Origin: Bryobacterales bacterium
GTDB lineage: Bacteria > Acidobacteriota > Terriglobia > Bryobacterales > UBA6623
Direction: 5' to 3'
Length of the DNA stretch: 64,000 nucleotides
Assembly (NCBI GenBank): GCA_963422375.2
Contig: OY729428.2
Span: 2,208,001 to 2,272,000 of the forward strand
Part shown: positions 47,312 to 57,484 of the stretch, one piece after another
Layout of the letters: the number at the start of each line of letters is the position of its first letter
How positions within the stretch are numbered: the first letter of the stretch is position 1
Made by a program: the position numbers and the translations under genes
The notes under the pieces: model-generated
What the model saw: the letters and a program-made list of their open reading frames with translations, nothing else
The model's database searches: none
What the model was told of the DNA's origin: nothing

Positions 47312-49435
47312 ATGTCGCGAACCAGTTCGTTCGTCGCGCTCGCGACGCTCGCCGGCTGGGCGTCCTTCGCCGCGAGGGCCGACCGCCTCGGCTCGGACCT
47401 CGCCGCTCTAGCCGCGCTTCACGGCGGTCCCGGCGACGAGCGCCGGGTCATCGAATTCATTCGCGAGCGGGTCGGGGGGACACACCGAGAAGGCGCGAAC
47501 GGCTCGCTCCTAGCTGAATTCGGGCGCGGCGACCCCCGCATCCTGCTGATTGCCGGAGTCGACGAGCCGGGATTCGCCGTCTCCGGCATCGACGGGGAGG
47601 GCTATTTGCGGCTGCAGCCGCTTTCCGGCTCCAGGATCCGGGGCGGACTGGCCTCGTACTTCCGCGGGCAACACGTCGGGGTTGCGACCGGCACAGGCGT
47701 GCTTCTGCCCGGAGTCGCGGCTGCTCCTTCGGTGCATTTCGGCTCTGCATACGGGGCTGGCAGACGACTCGGAGAGAACGAGATCTTCGTCGATATCGGC
47801 GCTTCTAGTCCGCTCGAAGCCCGCGCGGCAGGCGTGAGCCTGCTGGATCGGGTCACACTCGAGAAGCGCGTTGCTCGCCTAGCCGGGGACCGGCTCGCGG
47901 GACCTTGGATTTCGAGCCGCGCAGGGGTCGCGCTGCTCCTCTCTCTAGCCCGGCGGCTCGAGAGCGAGCCGCCGGACGGTACGGTGACTCTCGCCTTCGT
48001 GACGCAGCAATACCCCTATTCCGCCGGTCTGAGGAGAGTGCTGGAATCCGTGCCCGCCGACCACGCGGTTCTGCTCGCATCGAACGGGGGCTCCGCCGAC
48101 TCGATCGCTCCGGCCAGCGGGTCAGATCCCGGCGCAATCCCAGGGTACGTCGAACTCGCCGGGAAGGTCGGACTGCGACTGGAGCGGCGGTACTCCCACG
48201 AAATCGCGTTCGGACCGTTCGGCGGCGACCGGCCCTGGGACTCGAGCCGGCGTCTAGCCGTTCTCTCCCCGGGCGTCCGCAATTCGTCGACCCCGGCCGA
48301 ATCCATGAGCCTAGGCAGGCTCGAGGGCCTAGCTCGGCTCTTGGAACTCGTCGCCGGGCTGGAGGAACGAGACTCGCCATCGCCGATGGCGAGCGGATTC
48401 GCGCAGGCAGGCGAACCCAGCGGCGCAAGCCCTGCTGGCAGCGTCTCGTCCCTCGAGGAGACCATTCGGGCCTTAGTGGAGGTGGCGGCGGTCAGCGGGA
48501 GCGAAGGGCGGGTCCGCGAGCGGATTCTCGAGCTCGTCCCGCGCGAGCTGGCTGCGGACCAGAGAGTCGACAAAGCGGGGAATCTGATCGTGCGCGTGGG
48601 CCCTCCCGGAGAGCCCGCCGCCGCATTCCTAGCGCACATGGACGAAATCGGGTTCGAGGTGCAGGACATCCTCCCGCGCGGCGTCGCTACAGCGGCATCA
48701 AAGGGCGGCGGCAACCGCGACTTATTCTCATGGCACCCAGCCGCAGTCCATGGCCGGTACGGAACACTGCCTGCCGTGATGGCCCAGGGACAACTCGATC
48801 TCGGCGCGGATTCGGACATCGGCGTCAAGGCAATGGGCGTGCGGGAAGGGGATACCGTGACCGTCCCGAAGCGCTACAAGCGGCTGCTAGGCAGCCGCGT
48901 CAGCGCGAGGTCGCTGGACGACAGGCTCGGCTGCGCGGCGCTCGTGGAGGCGTTGCGACGGCTGTCGGGGAGAATCCGCCGCGCGACCCGTGCCGTGGAC
49001 TTCGTGTTCAGCGTAGAAGAGGAGACCGGCCTCAACGGGGCCCGTCGCTACGCGGCGAGCGCCCGGCCCGCCCGCGTCTACCCGGTGGACACGTTCGTGA
49101 CATCGGACAGCCCGTTCGGACCCTCCCGTCTCGCGCGCGCTGGGTTGGGAGCGGGCGCGGTCCTGCGGGCGCTCGACCAGAGCGGCATGACGCCGCGGCG
49201 AGAGGTCGAGCGGGTGATCGCGCTGGCGCGCAGGCATCGGATCCCGCTGCAGGTCGGCGTCACGGCGGGAGGCAACGACGGCTCGGTCTTTCCGTCACTG
49301 GAGACCGCGAACATTCCGATCGGATTCCCGCTGCGATACGCTCACACCCCCGTGGAAACCGCGGACTTGCGCGACGCGGAGGCCGTCGCGGCGCTGGTGG
49401 AGAAACTCGCACTCGAAGAGCTGCGCGGGCGCTAG
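47312..49435 (+). CDS. exported M42-family metallopeptidase with two tandem M42 domains
   Basis: C-terminal domain has AHMDE, LDDRLG, VEEETG, GGNDG, LRYAH; N-terminal domain is homologous but degenerate. Confidence 0.85.
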   Translation: MSRTSSFVALATLAGWASFAARADRLGSDLAALAALHGGPGDERRVIEFIRERVGGTHREGANGSLLAEFGRGDPRILLIAGVDEPGFAVSGIDGEGYLRLQPLSGSRIRGGLASYFRGQHVGVATGTGVLLPGVAAAPSVHFGSAYGAGRRLGENEIFVDIGASSPLEARAAGVSLLDRVTLEKRVARLAGDRLAGPWISSRAGVALLLSLARRLESEPPDGTVTLAFVTQQYPYSAGLRRVLESVPADHAVLLASNGGSADSIAPASGSDPGAIPGYVELAGKVGLRLERRYSHEIAFGPFGGDRPWDSSRRLAVLSPGVRNSSTPAESMSLGRLEGLARLLELVAGLEERDSPSPMASGFAQAGEPSGASPAGSVSSLEETIRALVEVAAVSGSEGRVRERILELVPRELAADQRVDKAGNLIVRVGPPGEPAAAFLAHMDEIGFEVQDILPRGVATAASKGGGNRDLFSWHPAAVHGRYGTLPAVMAQGQLDLGADSDIGVKAMGVREGDTVTVPKRYKRLLGSRVSARSLDDRLGCAALVEALRRLSGRIRRATRAVDFVFSVEEETGLNGARRYAASARPARVYPVDTFVTSDSPFGPSRLARAGLGAGAVLRALDQSGMTPRREVERVIALARRHRIPLQVGVTAGGNDGSVFPSLETANIPIGFPLRYAHTPVETADLRDAEAVAALVEKLALEELRGR

Positions 49436-49441
49436 GAGAGC

Positions 49442-50518
49442 CTACTCGAACAGCGACGCGTCGATCCCCGGAATCAGGCGCAGCGCGTTTTTCCAGTAGA
49501 TGTGCTGGAGCGTCTCGTCGGGCAAGCCTAGGCCGTACAGGCGCCAGTGGGCGTGGTAGCGCCGGTAGTACTCGAAATACTCGTCGCGGGTTTCGAGAAC
49601 GCGCCAGTAGTAGGGAAACTCCGCAGGCGCATACGAATCCTTGCCGAACAGCACTCGGTCCTTGTAGCGATTCAGGAACTCCGGGCCGCTGAACGGGACG
49701 CGGCCGAGCTCGTAGAGAACCGCCGCAATGTCCACGTAGACGTTCGGCTGCCGGTCCAGCAGGCGTCCGAGCCGCCGCAGGTCGCTGCCCTGCCAACCCA
49801 TGTGAGCCAGGATGAAGTTCACGTCGGGATGCCTGGCCAGCATGCGGTCCCTCTCGGCCAGCAGGTCGTCGAAGCCCGGAGGCGCGGAGCGCTTCCGCCG
49901 TGATCTCAGCTTCAGCTCGAGCCAGCGCTCGTTGCGGGCATCGTGCGGCGCCCAGAATTCGGCCGGATCCGCGACATGGATCAGCACCGGGATACCTAGG
50001 CGAGCGCAGGCCCGGAACAGGGGTGCCATGGCCGGGTCGTCGACCGGCACGCGTCGGCCCGACACGTCGCGCACGCTCATGCCGAAGTTCTTGAAGATCT
50101 TCAGGCCCTGCGCGCCCGCGGCGACGTCCGCTTCCAGCTGCCGGGCGGCCCTAGCGGGCCAATCCGCGCTGCCGATGCCGCTGAAGTCGGGATTGGCGAA
50201 CACGGCGAACCGGGTCGGGTGGCGCTGCCGGAAGTTCGCGACCGTCGCGCGAAGCCGCTCCCCGTGGCCGCCGCTCAGGTTGACCAAGACGGCGAGGTTG
50301 AGCGCGTCCATCTCGCCGACGATCTCGTCCAGCCTCGCGCCGCTCGTTCCACTCCGGTGATGGCTGTGGACGTCGATCACGGGAAACTTCGCACGCGGCA
50401 CGAGGTTTTCCTCGGCCACCAGCGTCGAGCGGGGCTCCCAGTCCTCGACAGACAGATCCTGCGCTCCGGAGCAGGCGGCCAGCAGCGACAACAGGGCGGG
50501 TCGCAGCCTCATCGCCAC
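49442..50518 (-). CDS. amidohydrolase_2-family protein, probable lipoprotein
   Basis: LAAC lipobox, IDVHSH, VLIHVADP, ILAHMG, VLFGKD. Confidence 0.87.
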   Translation of the reverse strand: MAMRLRPALLSLLAACSGAQDLSVEDWEPRSTLVAEENLVPRAKFPVIDVHSHHRSGTSGARLDEIVGEMDALNLAVLVNLSGGHGERLRATVANFRQRHPTRFAVFANPDFSGIGSADWPARAARQLEADVAAGAQGLKIFKNFGMSVRDVSGRRVPVDDPAMAPLFRACARLGIPVLIHVADPAEFWAPHDARNERWLELKLRSRRKRSAPPGFDDLLAERDRMLARHPDVNFILAHMGWQGSDLRRLGRLLDRQPNVYVDIAAVLYELGRVPFSGPEFLNRYKDRVLFGKDSYAPAEFPYYWRVLETRDEYFEYYRRYHAHWRLYGLGLPDETLQHIYWKNALRLIPGIDASLFE

Positions 50519-50579
50519 GATCCCCGCTCAGACCGTGACACGTCGGCGTCCGGGATCCGCCGCGGACATCCGCACGTCC

Positions 50580-50912
50580 CTAGCTGTCAGGGAGGAAGAC
50601 CTTGGCGCTGGGAAACTCTCCCAGCGGGCCCAAGCGATCCGCGCCGCCCAATTCAGGCTCGGGCCAAGGCTCGTCTTCCGCAATGATCTGCACCTCGACC
50701 GAGCCGGACCGCACCTCTTCCATCGCGATCTTGGTCGGCTTGCGCGACGTCGTGTTGATCAGGGGGCGGGCGCCCCCTTGGAGCTGGCGCGCCCGGCGGG
50801 CCGCCGCCAGCACGAAGCGGTAGACGCCTTGCTCCTCGTCGTTCGGAATCGTCCAGATCTGGTCGGGCGGCTTGACGTAGCTCGCGAACACTCTCTCGTC
50901 CCGGTCACTCAT
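50580..50912 (-). CDS. rpoZ: RNA polymerase omega subunit
   Basis: YRFVLAAARRARQLQGGA, KPTKIAMEEV; ATGA overlap with the gmk stop. Confidence 0.9.
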   Translation of the reverse strand: MSDRDERVFASYVKPPDQIWTIPNDEEQGVYRFVLAAARRARQLQGGARPLINTTSRKPTKIAMEEVRSGSVEVQIIAEDEPWPEPELGGADRLGPLGEFPSAKVFLPDS

Positions 50913-51547
50913 TCGGTTTCCCCGCTCCTGTTCTCCGCGCGCATGCCGAAGCTCCTCAAGACAGGCTCGACCGCCCTCTCCATGCGCACTCGCCTGCTGC
51001 GTTCCGCGACAAGAATCGAATGCAGGACGGCGACTGACTCGTCGATCCGCTCGTTGACCAGCACGTAGTCGTAACGGTCGCCGCCGCGAATTTCCCGCAC
51101 GGCCTCCCCTAGGCGCCGTTCGATGACCGCCCGCCGATCCGCCGACCGTTCCCGCAGGCGCCGCTCGAGCTCCTCTTTCGACGGAGGCAGGATGAAGACC
51201 GTAACTGCGCCGGGCAGCCTCTCTATCAATGATGCACCACCCTGCACGTCGATGTCTAGCACCAAGTCGCACTCGCGGCTCCGAGCCTCGTCCACCGCCG
51301 ACCACGGCGTGCCGTAGAAGTTGCCGAACACCTCGGCCCACTCGATGAACTCGCCGCGGTTGCGCATGCCGAAGAAGGACTCCCTGCTCACGAAGCGGTA
51401 GGCGCTCCCGTCCACCTCGTGCCGTCGCGGGGGCCGCGTGGTCACGGAAACGGCGAATTCAAGGCGGGGATCTCGGTCCACGAGACGGCCGACGAGCGTG
51501 GACTTGCCGGTCCCGGACGGCGCCGAGATCACCAATACGATCGACAT
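50909..51547 (-). CDS. gmk: guanylate kinase
   Basis: SAPSGTGKST, VSVTTRPPR, GNFYGT, LDIDVQG, FILPPS. Confidence 0.97.
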   Translation of the reverse strand: MSIVLVISAPSGTGKSTLVGRLVDRDPRLEFAVSVTTRPPRRHEVDGSAYRFVSRESFFGMRNRGEFIEWAEVFGNFYGTPWSAVDEARSRECDLVLDIDVQGGASLIERLPGAVTVFILPPSKEELERRLRERSADRRAVIERRLGEAVREIRGGDRYDYVLVNERIDESVAVLHSILVAERSRRVRMERAVEPVLRSFGMRAENRSGETE

Positions 51548-51644
51548 GCGGGACAGCGGAGGAAGACGACCCGGCTAGGTCCGCAGAATACGCGCGATAC
51601 GCGGGCGGTTGGGACAGTTTACCCGAACCGGGAGATTCGAACGG

Positions 51645-52541
51645 CTATTCGAGGTTCGGGGCCTGCTCGCGGATCTTTTCGACCGCCGACCGAATGCGAA
51701 GCGCGGCCTCCGTGACCCACAGCCCCGGCTCGCCGAGAACCTGCGCCTTCGCCAGGAGGGTGTTGGCCTCTCGGTTCATCTCCTGCGCTAAGAAGTCGAT
51801 CCTCTTGCCGACCTCGCCGCCATCCTCGAGGTGCCCGCGCAGCTGCTCGACATGAGCGCGGAGCCGCGCCAGTTCCTCGCTGAAGTCGCTGCGCCCCGCG
51901 AGGATCGCAACCTCTTGGGCGAGGCGCTGCGAATCGACGCCTTGCCCGCCCAGAACTTCCGCCAGCCGGTCCTGCACCTTCGCGTGGTAGAGATCGACGG
52001 CCTCGCGGGCCGACAAGCGGAGACGGCCGACCTCGGCCCCGATCGCGTCGGCGTGCTCCCGGATGTCCGCGACCAGCGCCTGCCCTTCCTGTTCCCGCAC
52101 GCGGTCCAGCCGCTCGAGCGTGAGATCGAGGGCCTCGCCGACCAAGGCCTCAAGCGTCTCGTCCGGCATGGCGGCCCTCCCGGTCACGACGGTCCCGGGA
52201 AGCCCGAGCATGGCCTGGGGGTCCGGCACTGCATGGGCGCCGAGCAGCTCCGCGACCTCACGGAATGCTGCCAGCCGAGCCACTACGAGTTCGCGGTCGA
52301 CCTCGGCTGCCAACGGACTGCAGGACTGGACTTCAAGCGTTACCTGAAGGCTGCCGCGTCGAACGCGCCCGCGCAGGTCGCGGCGCATGCCGCTCTCGAG
52401 CCGCGCCGCGCTCGACGGCACGCGTACCTTGAGATCCAAGGAGCGATGGTTGACCGCGCGGATCGCGACTCGGACGGAGTGCTCACCCCTTTCCGCCATC
52501 GCCTCGGCGAAACCGGTCATCGATCGCGGGGAAGGCATCAC
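51645..52541 (-). CDS. yicC: YicC/YloC family endoribonuclease
   Basis: RSMTGF, AVNHRSLD, GKRIDFLAQEMNREANT, EKIREQAPNLE; upstream of gmk. Confidence 0.93.
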   Translation of the reverse strand: MMPSPRSMTGFAEAMAERGEHSVRVAIRAVNHRSLDLKVRVPSSAARLESGMRRDLRGRVRRGSLQVTLEVQSCSPLAAEVDRELVVARLAAFREVAELLGAHAVPDPQAMLGLPGTVVTGRAAMPDETLEALVGEALDLTLERLDRVREQEGQALVADIREHADAIGAEVGRLRLSAREAVDLYHAKVQDRLAEVLGGQGVDSQRLAQEVAILAGRSDFSEELARLRAHVEQLRGHLEDGGEVGKRIDFLAQEMNREANTLLAKAQVLGEPGLWVTEAALRIRSAVEKIREQAPNLE

Positions 52542-54349
52542 GCGGCAACCGATTGAAGCTCGACCAAGCGGCTGTATAGCGGGCTGGACCGCAGGAGCGA
52601 CTCGTGGCTGCCTCGATCCAAGATCCTCCCGCCGTCGAGCACGAGGATCGAGTCGGCGGACCGAACCGTCGCGAGCCGGTGAGCACTGACGACGACCGTG
52701 CGTCCGTGGATCAAGTTCGAAAGCGCGCGCTGGACCAGCGTCTCGGCTTCGCTGTCCAGATGCGAGGTCGCTTCGTCGAGCAGCAGGATCGGCGCGTCCT
52801 TGAGGATTGCCCGGGCGATCGCGATGCGCTGGCGCTGCCCTCCGCTGAGGCGATGGCCCTGCTCTCCGAGACGCGTCTCGTAGCCCCTAGGCAAGTCCTC
52901 GATGAAGTCCGCGGCGTAGGCGGAGGCGGCAGCTGCGTAGACGCGCTCGGGATCGATGCCCGGCCGGCCGTAGGCGATGTTGTTGAAGACCGTGTCGTCG
53001 AAGAGCACCGTCTCCTGCGTCACGATCGCGACCTGGCGGCGCAGCGACTTGACGGTGAACTCGCGCAGGTCGCGGCCGTCGATCCGGATCGCTCCCTCCG
53101 TCGGGTCGAAGAATCGCGGCAGCAGGCTCATCAGGGTGGTCTTCCCCGCCCCGCTGAGGCCAACCAACGCGACCACCTCGCCGGCCCGCACCGTCATGCG
53201 GATGCCCTCGAGCGCACGCCTGCCGGCTGCGCCGGGATAGGCGAAGGTGACGCCGTCGAGCTCGATCAGGTGGCGGAACAGCGGCATCTCGACGGCGTCC
53301 ACGGCATCTCGGACGTCACGCGGCTGGTCCATGTACTGAAACGCCCTCTGCACCGCCCCGAGAGCCTGCTGGAAGATGTTGTAGATGCCGATCAGGCGCT
53401 TTACCGGCTGCAGGATCATCACGAGCGCCACGATGAAGCTCACGACCTGGCCCGCCGTCATCTGGCCAGCCAGAATCCGGCCCCGCACGTAGATCAACAG
53501 GAAGAGGATCATGCCGGCGCCGAGTGTCTCGATGATCGGCGAAACCAAGGCCTGCTGCTTCACCATGCGCATGCTTGCCCCGAACAGGAGGTCGGCGCGG
53601 GCGCGGAAGCGCCGGATCTCGAACGACTCCATGGAGAAGGCCTTGACGATTCGATGCCCGGAGATGGTCTCCTGCATGATCTTGACCAGCTGCGCCAAGT
53701 AGCCCTGCGCTCGCGTGGAGGTCCTGCGGAGCTTCGGCCCGATCCGCGACACCGGCAGCAGCACGAGCGGCAGAACGACAAGGCAGGCAGCGGTCAGGAG
53801 CGGGTCGTGCTGCATGAGGACGAGCAGCAATGCCGCGACCGTGAACAGCTGCCGCATCATGTCCGCCAGAAAGTGCGAGCAGGCGGACTGAATCTTCTCG
53901 ATGTCGCTCACGAGCGACGAGATCAGCTCGCCAGTGTGCTTGGCCTGGAAGAAGGCGGGCGACTGGTTCAGTACGATGCCGAACATTTCGTTGCGTATGT
54001 CGCGCACGGCCGCGAAGCCGGCGAAATTGACAAGGAAACTCCCGGTGAAGTCGGCGAGGCCCTTGAGCATCGAAACGGCAAGGAAGACGGCGCAGAAGAG
54101 TCCGAACGCCTCGCCCGCGGAAGCCGGCAGGAAGTCGTCGAGGTACACGGCGAAGTCCGTGAACGGCACCTTGACCAGTTCGATCGGCTCGGCGCTGGGC
54201 GATGGATTGAGAAAGCGGTCGAGAAGGGGCTCGAGCAGCAGCGCGAAGACCCCGTAGCTGGCCCCGACTACCGCCATGAGGACGACCGCCGTCGCGATGC
54301 GGACCCAGTGCGGGCGGATATATCCGAGCAGCCTCGCTAGGTCGCTCAC
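52538..54349 (-). CDS. msbA: MsbA-like ABC exporter (fused TMD-NBD)
   Basis: multi-TM N-terminus, GLSGAGKT, LSGGQRQR, LLLDEATS. Confidence 0.8.
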   Translation of the reverse strand: MSDLARLLGYIRPHWVRIATAVVLMAVVGASYGVFALLLEPLLDRFLNPSPSAEPIELVKVPFTDFAVYLDDFLPASAGEAFGLFCAVFLAVSMLKGLADFTGSFLVNFAGFAAVRDIRNEMFGIVLNQSPAFFQAKHTGELISSLVSDIEKIQSACSHFLADMMRQLFTVAALLLVLMQHDPLLTAACLVVLPLVLLPVSRIGPKLRRTSTRAQGYLAQLVKIMQETISGHRIVKAFSMESFEIRRFRARADLLFGASMRMVKQQALVSPIIETLGAGMILFLLIYVRGRILAGQMTAGQVVSFIVALVMILQPVKRLIGIYNIFQQALGAVQRAFQYMDQPRDVRDAVDAVEMPLFRHLIELDGVTFAYPGAAGRRALEGIRMTVRAGEVVALVGLSGAGKTTLMSLLPRFFDPTEGAIRIDGRDLREFTVKSLRRQVAIVTQETVLFDDTVFNNIAYGRPGIDPERVYAAAASAYAADFIEDLPRGYETRLGEQGHRLSGGQRQRIAIARAILKDAPILLLDEATSHLDSEAETLVQRALSNLIHGRTVVVSAHRLATVRSADSILVLDGGRILDRGSHESLLRSSPLYSRLVELQSVAA

Positions 54350-54576
54350 CGGATCACCATGGCGCAGGGCCCTCTACCGCAAGGCACGGGCGGGACCGAG
54401 GCAAGGCGGCAATTCGGTCCCGCAGGAGGATCGCAGTGTTCATCTGAAAGGTGAATCTTTCTCTCGCATACGATTGAATTCATGGAGCTTGAGTGTAGAA
54501 TCTACCCAAGGGTCCCATCTTGCGGAGAGAGCCGCGGCACGCTCGAGGCCCGGCGTCGCTCCCGGCAGCCCGCAGG

Positions 54577-55359
54577 CTAGGGCCCGGGTTCGACGGCCCG
54601 AGCCGCGGCCACATCGGCGGCCAAAGCGGCGCCGTAGACAGAGATATCGGTGCTGTAGGAGACCATGTCGTAGCCGATTTCCATCCACTCCCGAGCTTGC
54701 GCGAGGCTGCCGGGCTGGATCCCGGCCAAGAGGCCGCGCTCCTTGGCCGCGACTGAAACGTCCCGCAACGCCGACAGGAAGCGCGGGTGATGGAACTCGC
54801 CCACTATGCCCATCGAATGGGTCAGGTCCATGTGCCCGACCCAGAGGCAGTCCACGCCCGGCACGGCGGCGATCTCGCGGAGGTTGCGGAGCGCCGTCTC
54901 GCTCTCGATCTGGCAGAGCAGGAGGTTGCTTCGGTTCGCTTCGGCCATGTAGGCCAGGGAGTCCGGCCGGACGAAGTCGTTGTGCGCCGATCCGAGGCCG
55001 AGCCCTCGATTGCCGGCCGGGGCGTAGCGCATCGACTCGTTCAGGTGGCGCGCTTGGTCGGCCGTGCGGACGTTCGGGGCCATGATGCCGTGCGCGCCGG
55101 CATCCATCACCCGCGCCACGAAATGGTACTCGGACGCGGGGATCCGCACGACGGGGCTCGCTCCGGTGGCCTTGAAGCGGGCGATCATTCCCGCGACCTG
55201 GGAAATGCCGTGCGGTCCGTGCTCCATGTCGATGAGGACGAAGTCGAGGTTGGCCAGCGCGCACAGCTTGGCGATCCCCGGGGTGTCGAATTCCATGAGC
55301 ATGTGGCCGAACGCCACGCGCCCTTCGGCTGCCGCTTGGCGGACCCGATTCGGTTTCAT
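54577..55359 (-). CDS. HpcH/HpaI class II pyruvate aldolase
   Basis: DFVLIDMEHG, MDAGAHGIMAP, YAPAGNRG, QIES. Confidence 0.9.
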   Translation of the reverse strand: MKPNRVRQAAAEGRVAFGHMLMEFDTPGIAKLCALANLDFVLIDMEHGPHGISQVAGMIARFKATGASPVVRIPASEYHFVARVMDAGAHGIMAPNVRTADQARHLNESMRYAPAGNRGLGLGSAHNDFVRPDSLAYMAEANRSNLLLCQIESETALRNLREIAAVPGVDCLWVGHMDLTHSMGIVGEFHHPRFLSALRDVSVAAKERGLLAGIQPGSLAQAREWMEIGYDMVSYSTDISVYGAALAADVAAARAVEPGP

Positions 55360-56396
55360 CTTGATCTCCGCTTCGCGAGCTTCGCCCGCACTCCGGCCCG
55401 CGTCGCGGCCTCCGGGTTCGCGAGGCAGGGAGGCACCTCGCCGCCGGCGACCAGCAGCAGGTTGCGACAGGCCTCGCGGCTGTTGCCGGCCAAGCACTCC
55501 TGTGTCCAAGCCATTCCGTGGGGCGACACGATGACTTCATCCATCGCAAGCAGGGGGTTGTCCAGAGAGGGCGGCTCGACCTCGAAGACGTCGATTCCCG
55601 CTCCGGCGATCCGCCCCTCGCGCAGCGCCTCGATTAGGGCGCACTCCTGGACGATCGGCCCGCGAGCGGTGTTGATGAAGTACGCGGTCGGCTTCATCAG
55701 CGCGAACTGGGCCGCTCCGATCATGCCCCGGGTCTCGGCACTGAGAAGCGCGTTCACCGTGACGAAGTCGCCCTCCGCCATGACCGAGCGGAGGTCCGTC
55801 AGCTCGACCCCCAAGCGGTCGGCGCGGGCGGGCGGGCACAGCGGGTCGTACGCAAGCAGCCGCCCGCAGCCCACGCCCCTGGCGATCCTGAACATCTCGC
55901 TGGCGATGCGGCCGCACCCGATGGAAGACACCGTCTTGCCGACGACGTCGGTGCCGGCAATCGGCATGCCGTCGCGCCACTTCCCCGCTCTGGTGCGCCG
56001 GTCGAGATGCGGCAGCCTCTTCGCCAAGGCGAACATGAGGGCGATCTCCGCCTCGGCGACAGAGCGCTTGACCGCTTCGGGGGTCAGGGCCACCAACACA
56101 TCGGCCGCGGTGGCCGCTTCGATGTCGATGGCATCGTAGCCGACTCCCCACCGCGCGATGCACGAGAGCCGCTCGACGCCCTCGAAGCTCGCTGCGTCGA
56201 AGCGGGCGCCGAGAATGAGCAATCCTTCGTAGCGGTCGACAACTTCCGGGCGCAAGCCCCCGTCGAAGGGATCTTCGATCATCTCCCACTCGATATCGCC
56301 CCGCGCATCGAAGTGCTCTCGCACGAACCCGCCAACCAGAGAGTCGAACGAGCTGCCCCATCCAGGATCGATCCCGATCTTGAAATGCCGCCGCAT
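55356..56396 (-). CDS. D-isomer-specific 2-hydroxyacid dehydrogenase
   Basis: RWGVGYD, SVAE, IGCGRIA, INTARG, GIDVFEVEP, SPH; ATGA overlap with the aldolase. Confidence 0.9.
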   Translation of the reverse strand: MRRHFKIGIDPGWGSSFDSLVGGFVREHFDARGDIEWEMIEDPFDGGLRPEVVDRYEGLLILGARFDAASFEGVERLSCIARWGVGYDAIDIEAATAADVLVALTPEAVKRSVAEAEIALMFALAKRLPHLDRRTRAGKWRDGMPIAGTDVVGKTVSSIGCGRIASEMFRIARGVGCGRLLAYDPLCPPARADRLGVELTDLRSVMAEGDFVTVNALLSAETRGMIGAAQFALMKPTAYFINTARGPIVQECALIEALREGRIAGAGIDVFEVEPPSLDNPLLAMDEVIVSPHGMAWTQECLAGNSREACRNLLLVAGGEVPPCLANPEAATRAGVRAKLAKRRSR

Positions 56397-56469
56397 ACGG
56401 TATTCGGACAATTGTACGCACGCCTGTTGACCGCTCTTGAAGGGCCGGGGCCGTGGTATGGTGTCGGCC

Positions 56470-57360
56470 ATGCGGGGACTTCCGGGGCGCGTGATTCTGC
56501 TCTGCACCGCGGCCTCGATGTCGCTCTCGGCGCAGGTCGACGGATTCGGCAAGCAGGAACTGATCAAGTACACCCGCGCCAATCCCTTCGAACGCTTCGA
56601 CGACGGACGGCCCAAGGTGCCCCAGTCCCTGATCGAGCCGCTGCGGAGCGCGAGTTCGGAAATGCTGTGGGGTCCCCTGCGCAGGGCGGGCTTCGAGCAC
56701 CAGTGGTCGGGCGGCTGGCAGATCATTCATCCGGAGAAGAAGCTCCTCGGCCGGGCGGTGACGGCCGTCTTCATGCCGGTGCGCCCCGACGTGGACGAGA
56801 TCATCGAGGAAGACGCCGCCGCCCGGAAGCTCGGGGGGAACGACAACCAGCGTGTCATCGACTCGCTGCAGCCAGGGGACGTGCTGGTCGTGGACCTGTT
56901 CGGAAAGATTGACGGCGGCGCCTTCGCCGGCGACAACCTAGCGACAGCGATTCACGCGGCGACCGGCCAGGGATTCGTGATCGACGGCGCCGTGCGCGAC
57001 CTCGACGGCATCCACCCGATGGAAATCCCAGTCTACGTCAGAGGCATTCATGTCTCGCCCATCCGCGACGTGATGCTCGTGGGCATCAACGTACCGGTTC
57101 GGATAGGGTCGACCACCGTCCTGCCCGGCGACGTGGTTGTCGGCGACCGGGAAGGGCTGACCTTCCTCCCGCCTCACCTGGTCGAGAGCGCCGTGAACCA
57201 AGCGAAGATCACCGAATTGCACGACATCTGGACCAAGGGCAAGCTAGCGACCGGAAAGTACCGCGCCAGCGAGCTCTACCCATCCCCCACGGACGAAGCG
57301 CTGAAGAGGGAATACGCCGACTGGCTGGAAGGCCGGAAGCGCGAGCTCGGGCTTGAGTAG
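56470..57360 (+). CDS. RraA/HMG-aldolase-like protein with signal peptide
   Basis: DDGRPKV, GRAVTA, GDNL, IDGAVRD, VLPGDVVVGD; leader ending SLSA-Q. Confidence 0.85.
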   Translation: MRGLPGRVILLCTAASMSLSAQVDGFGKQELIKYTRANPFERFDDGRPKVPQSLIEPLRSASSEMLWGPLRRAGFEHQWSGGWQIIHPEKKLLGRAVTAVFMPVRPDVDEIIEEDAAARKLGGNDNQRVIDSLQPGDVLVVDLFGKIDGGAFAGDNLATAIHAATGQGFVIDGAVRDLDGIHPMEIPVYVRGIHVSPIRDVMLVGINVPVRIGSTTVLPGDVVVGDREGLTFLPPHLVESAVNQAKITELHDIWTKGKLATGKYRASELYPSPTDEALKREYADWLEGRKRELGLE

Positions 57361-57484
57361 CCCTGCCGTCGAGCCGCCCGCCGGCGCCGAACCCTCATCC
57401 CGGTCGGGGATGCCGCCTTCCAGTGCTGCCAATGCCCTAGAATCTTGTTTCCCGCCCGCACAGGAGGTGAAGGCGGACCGTCGC

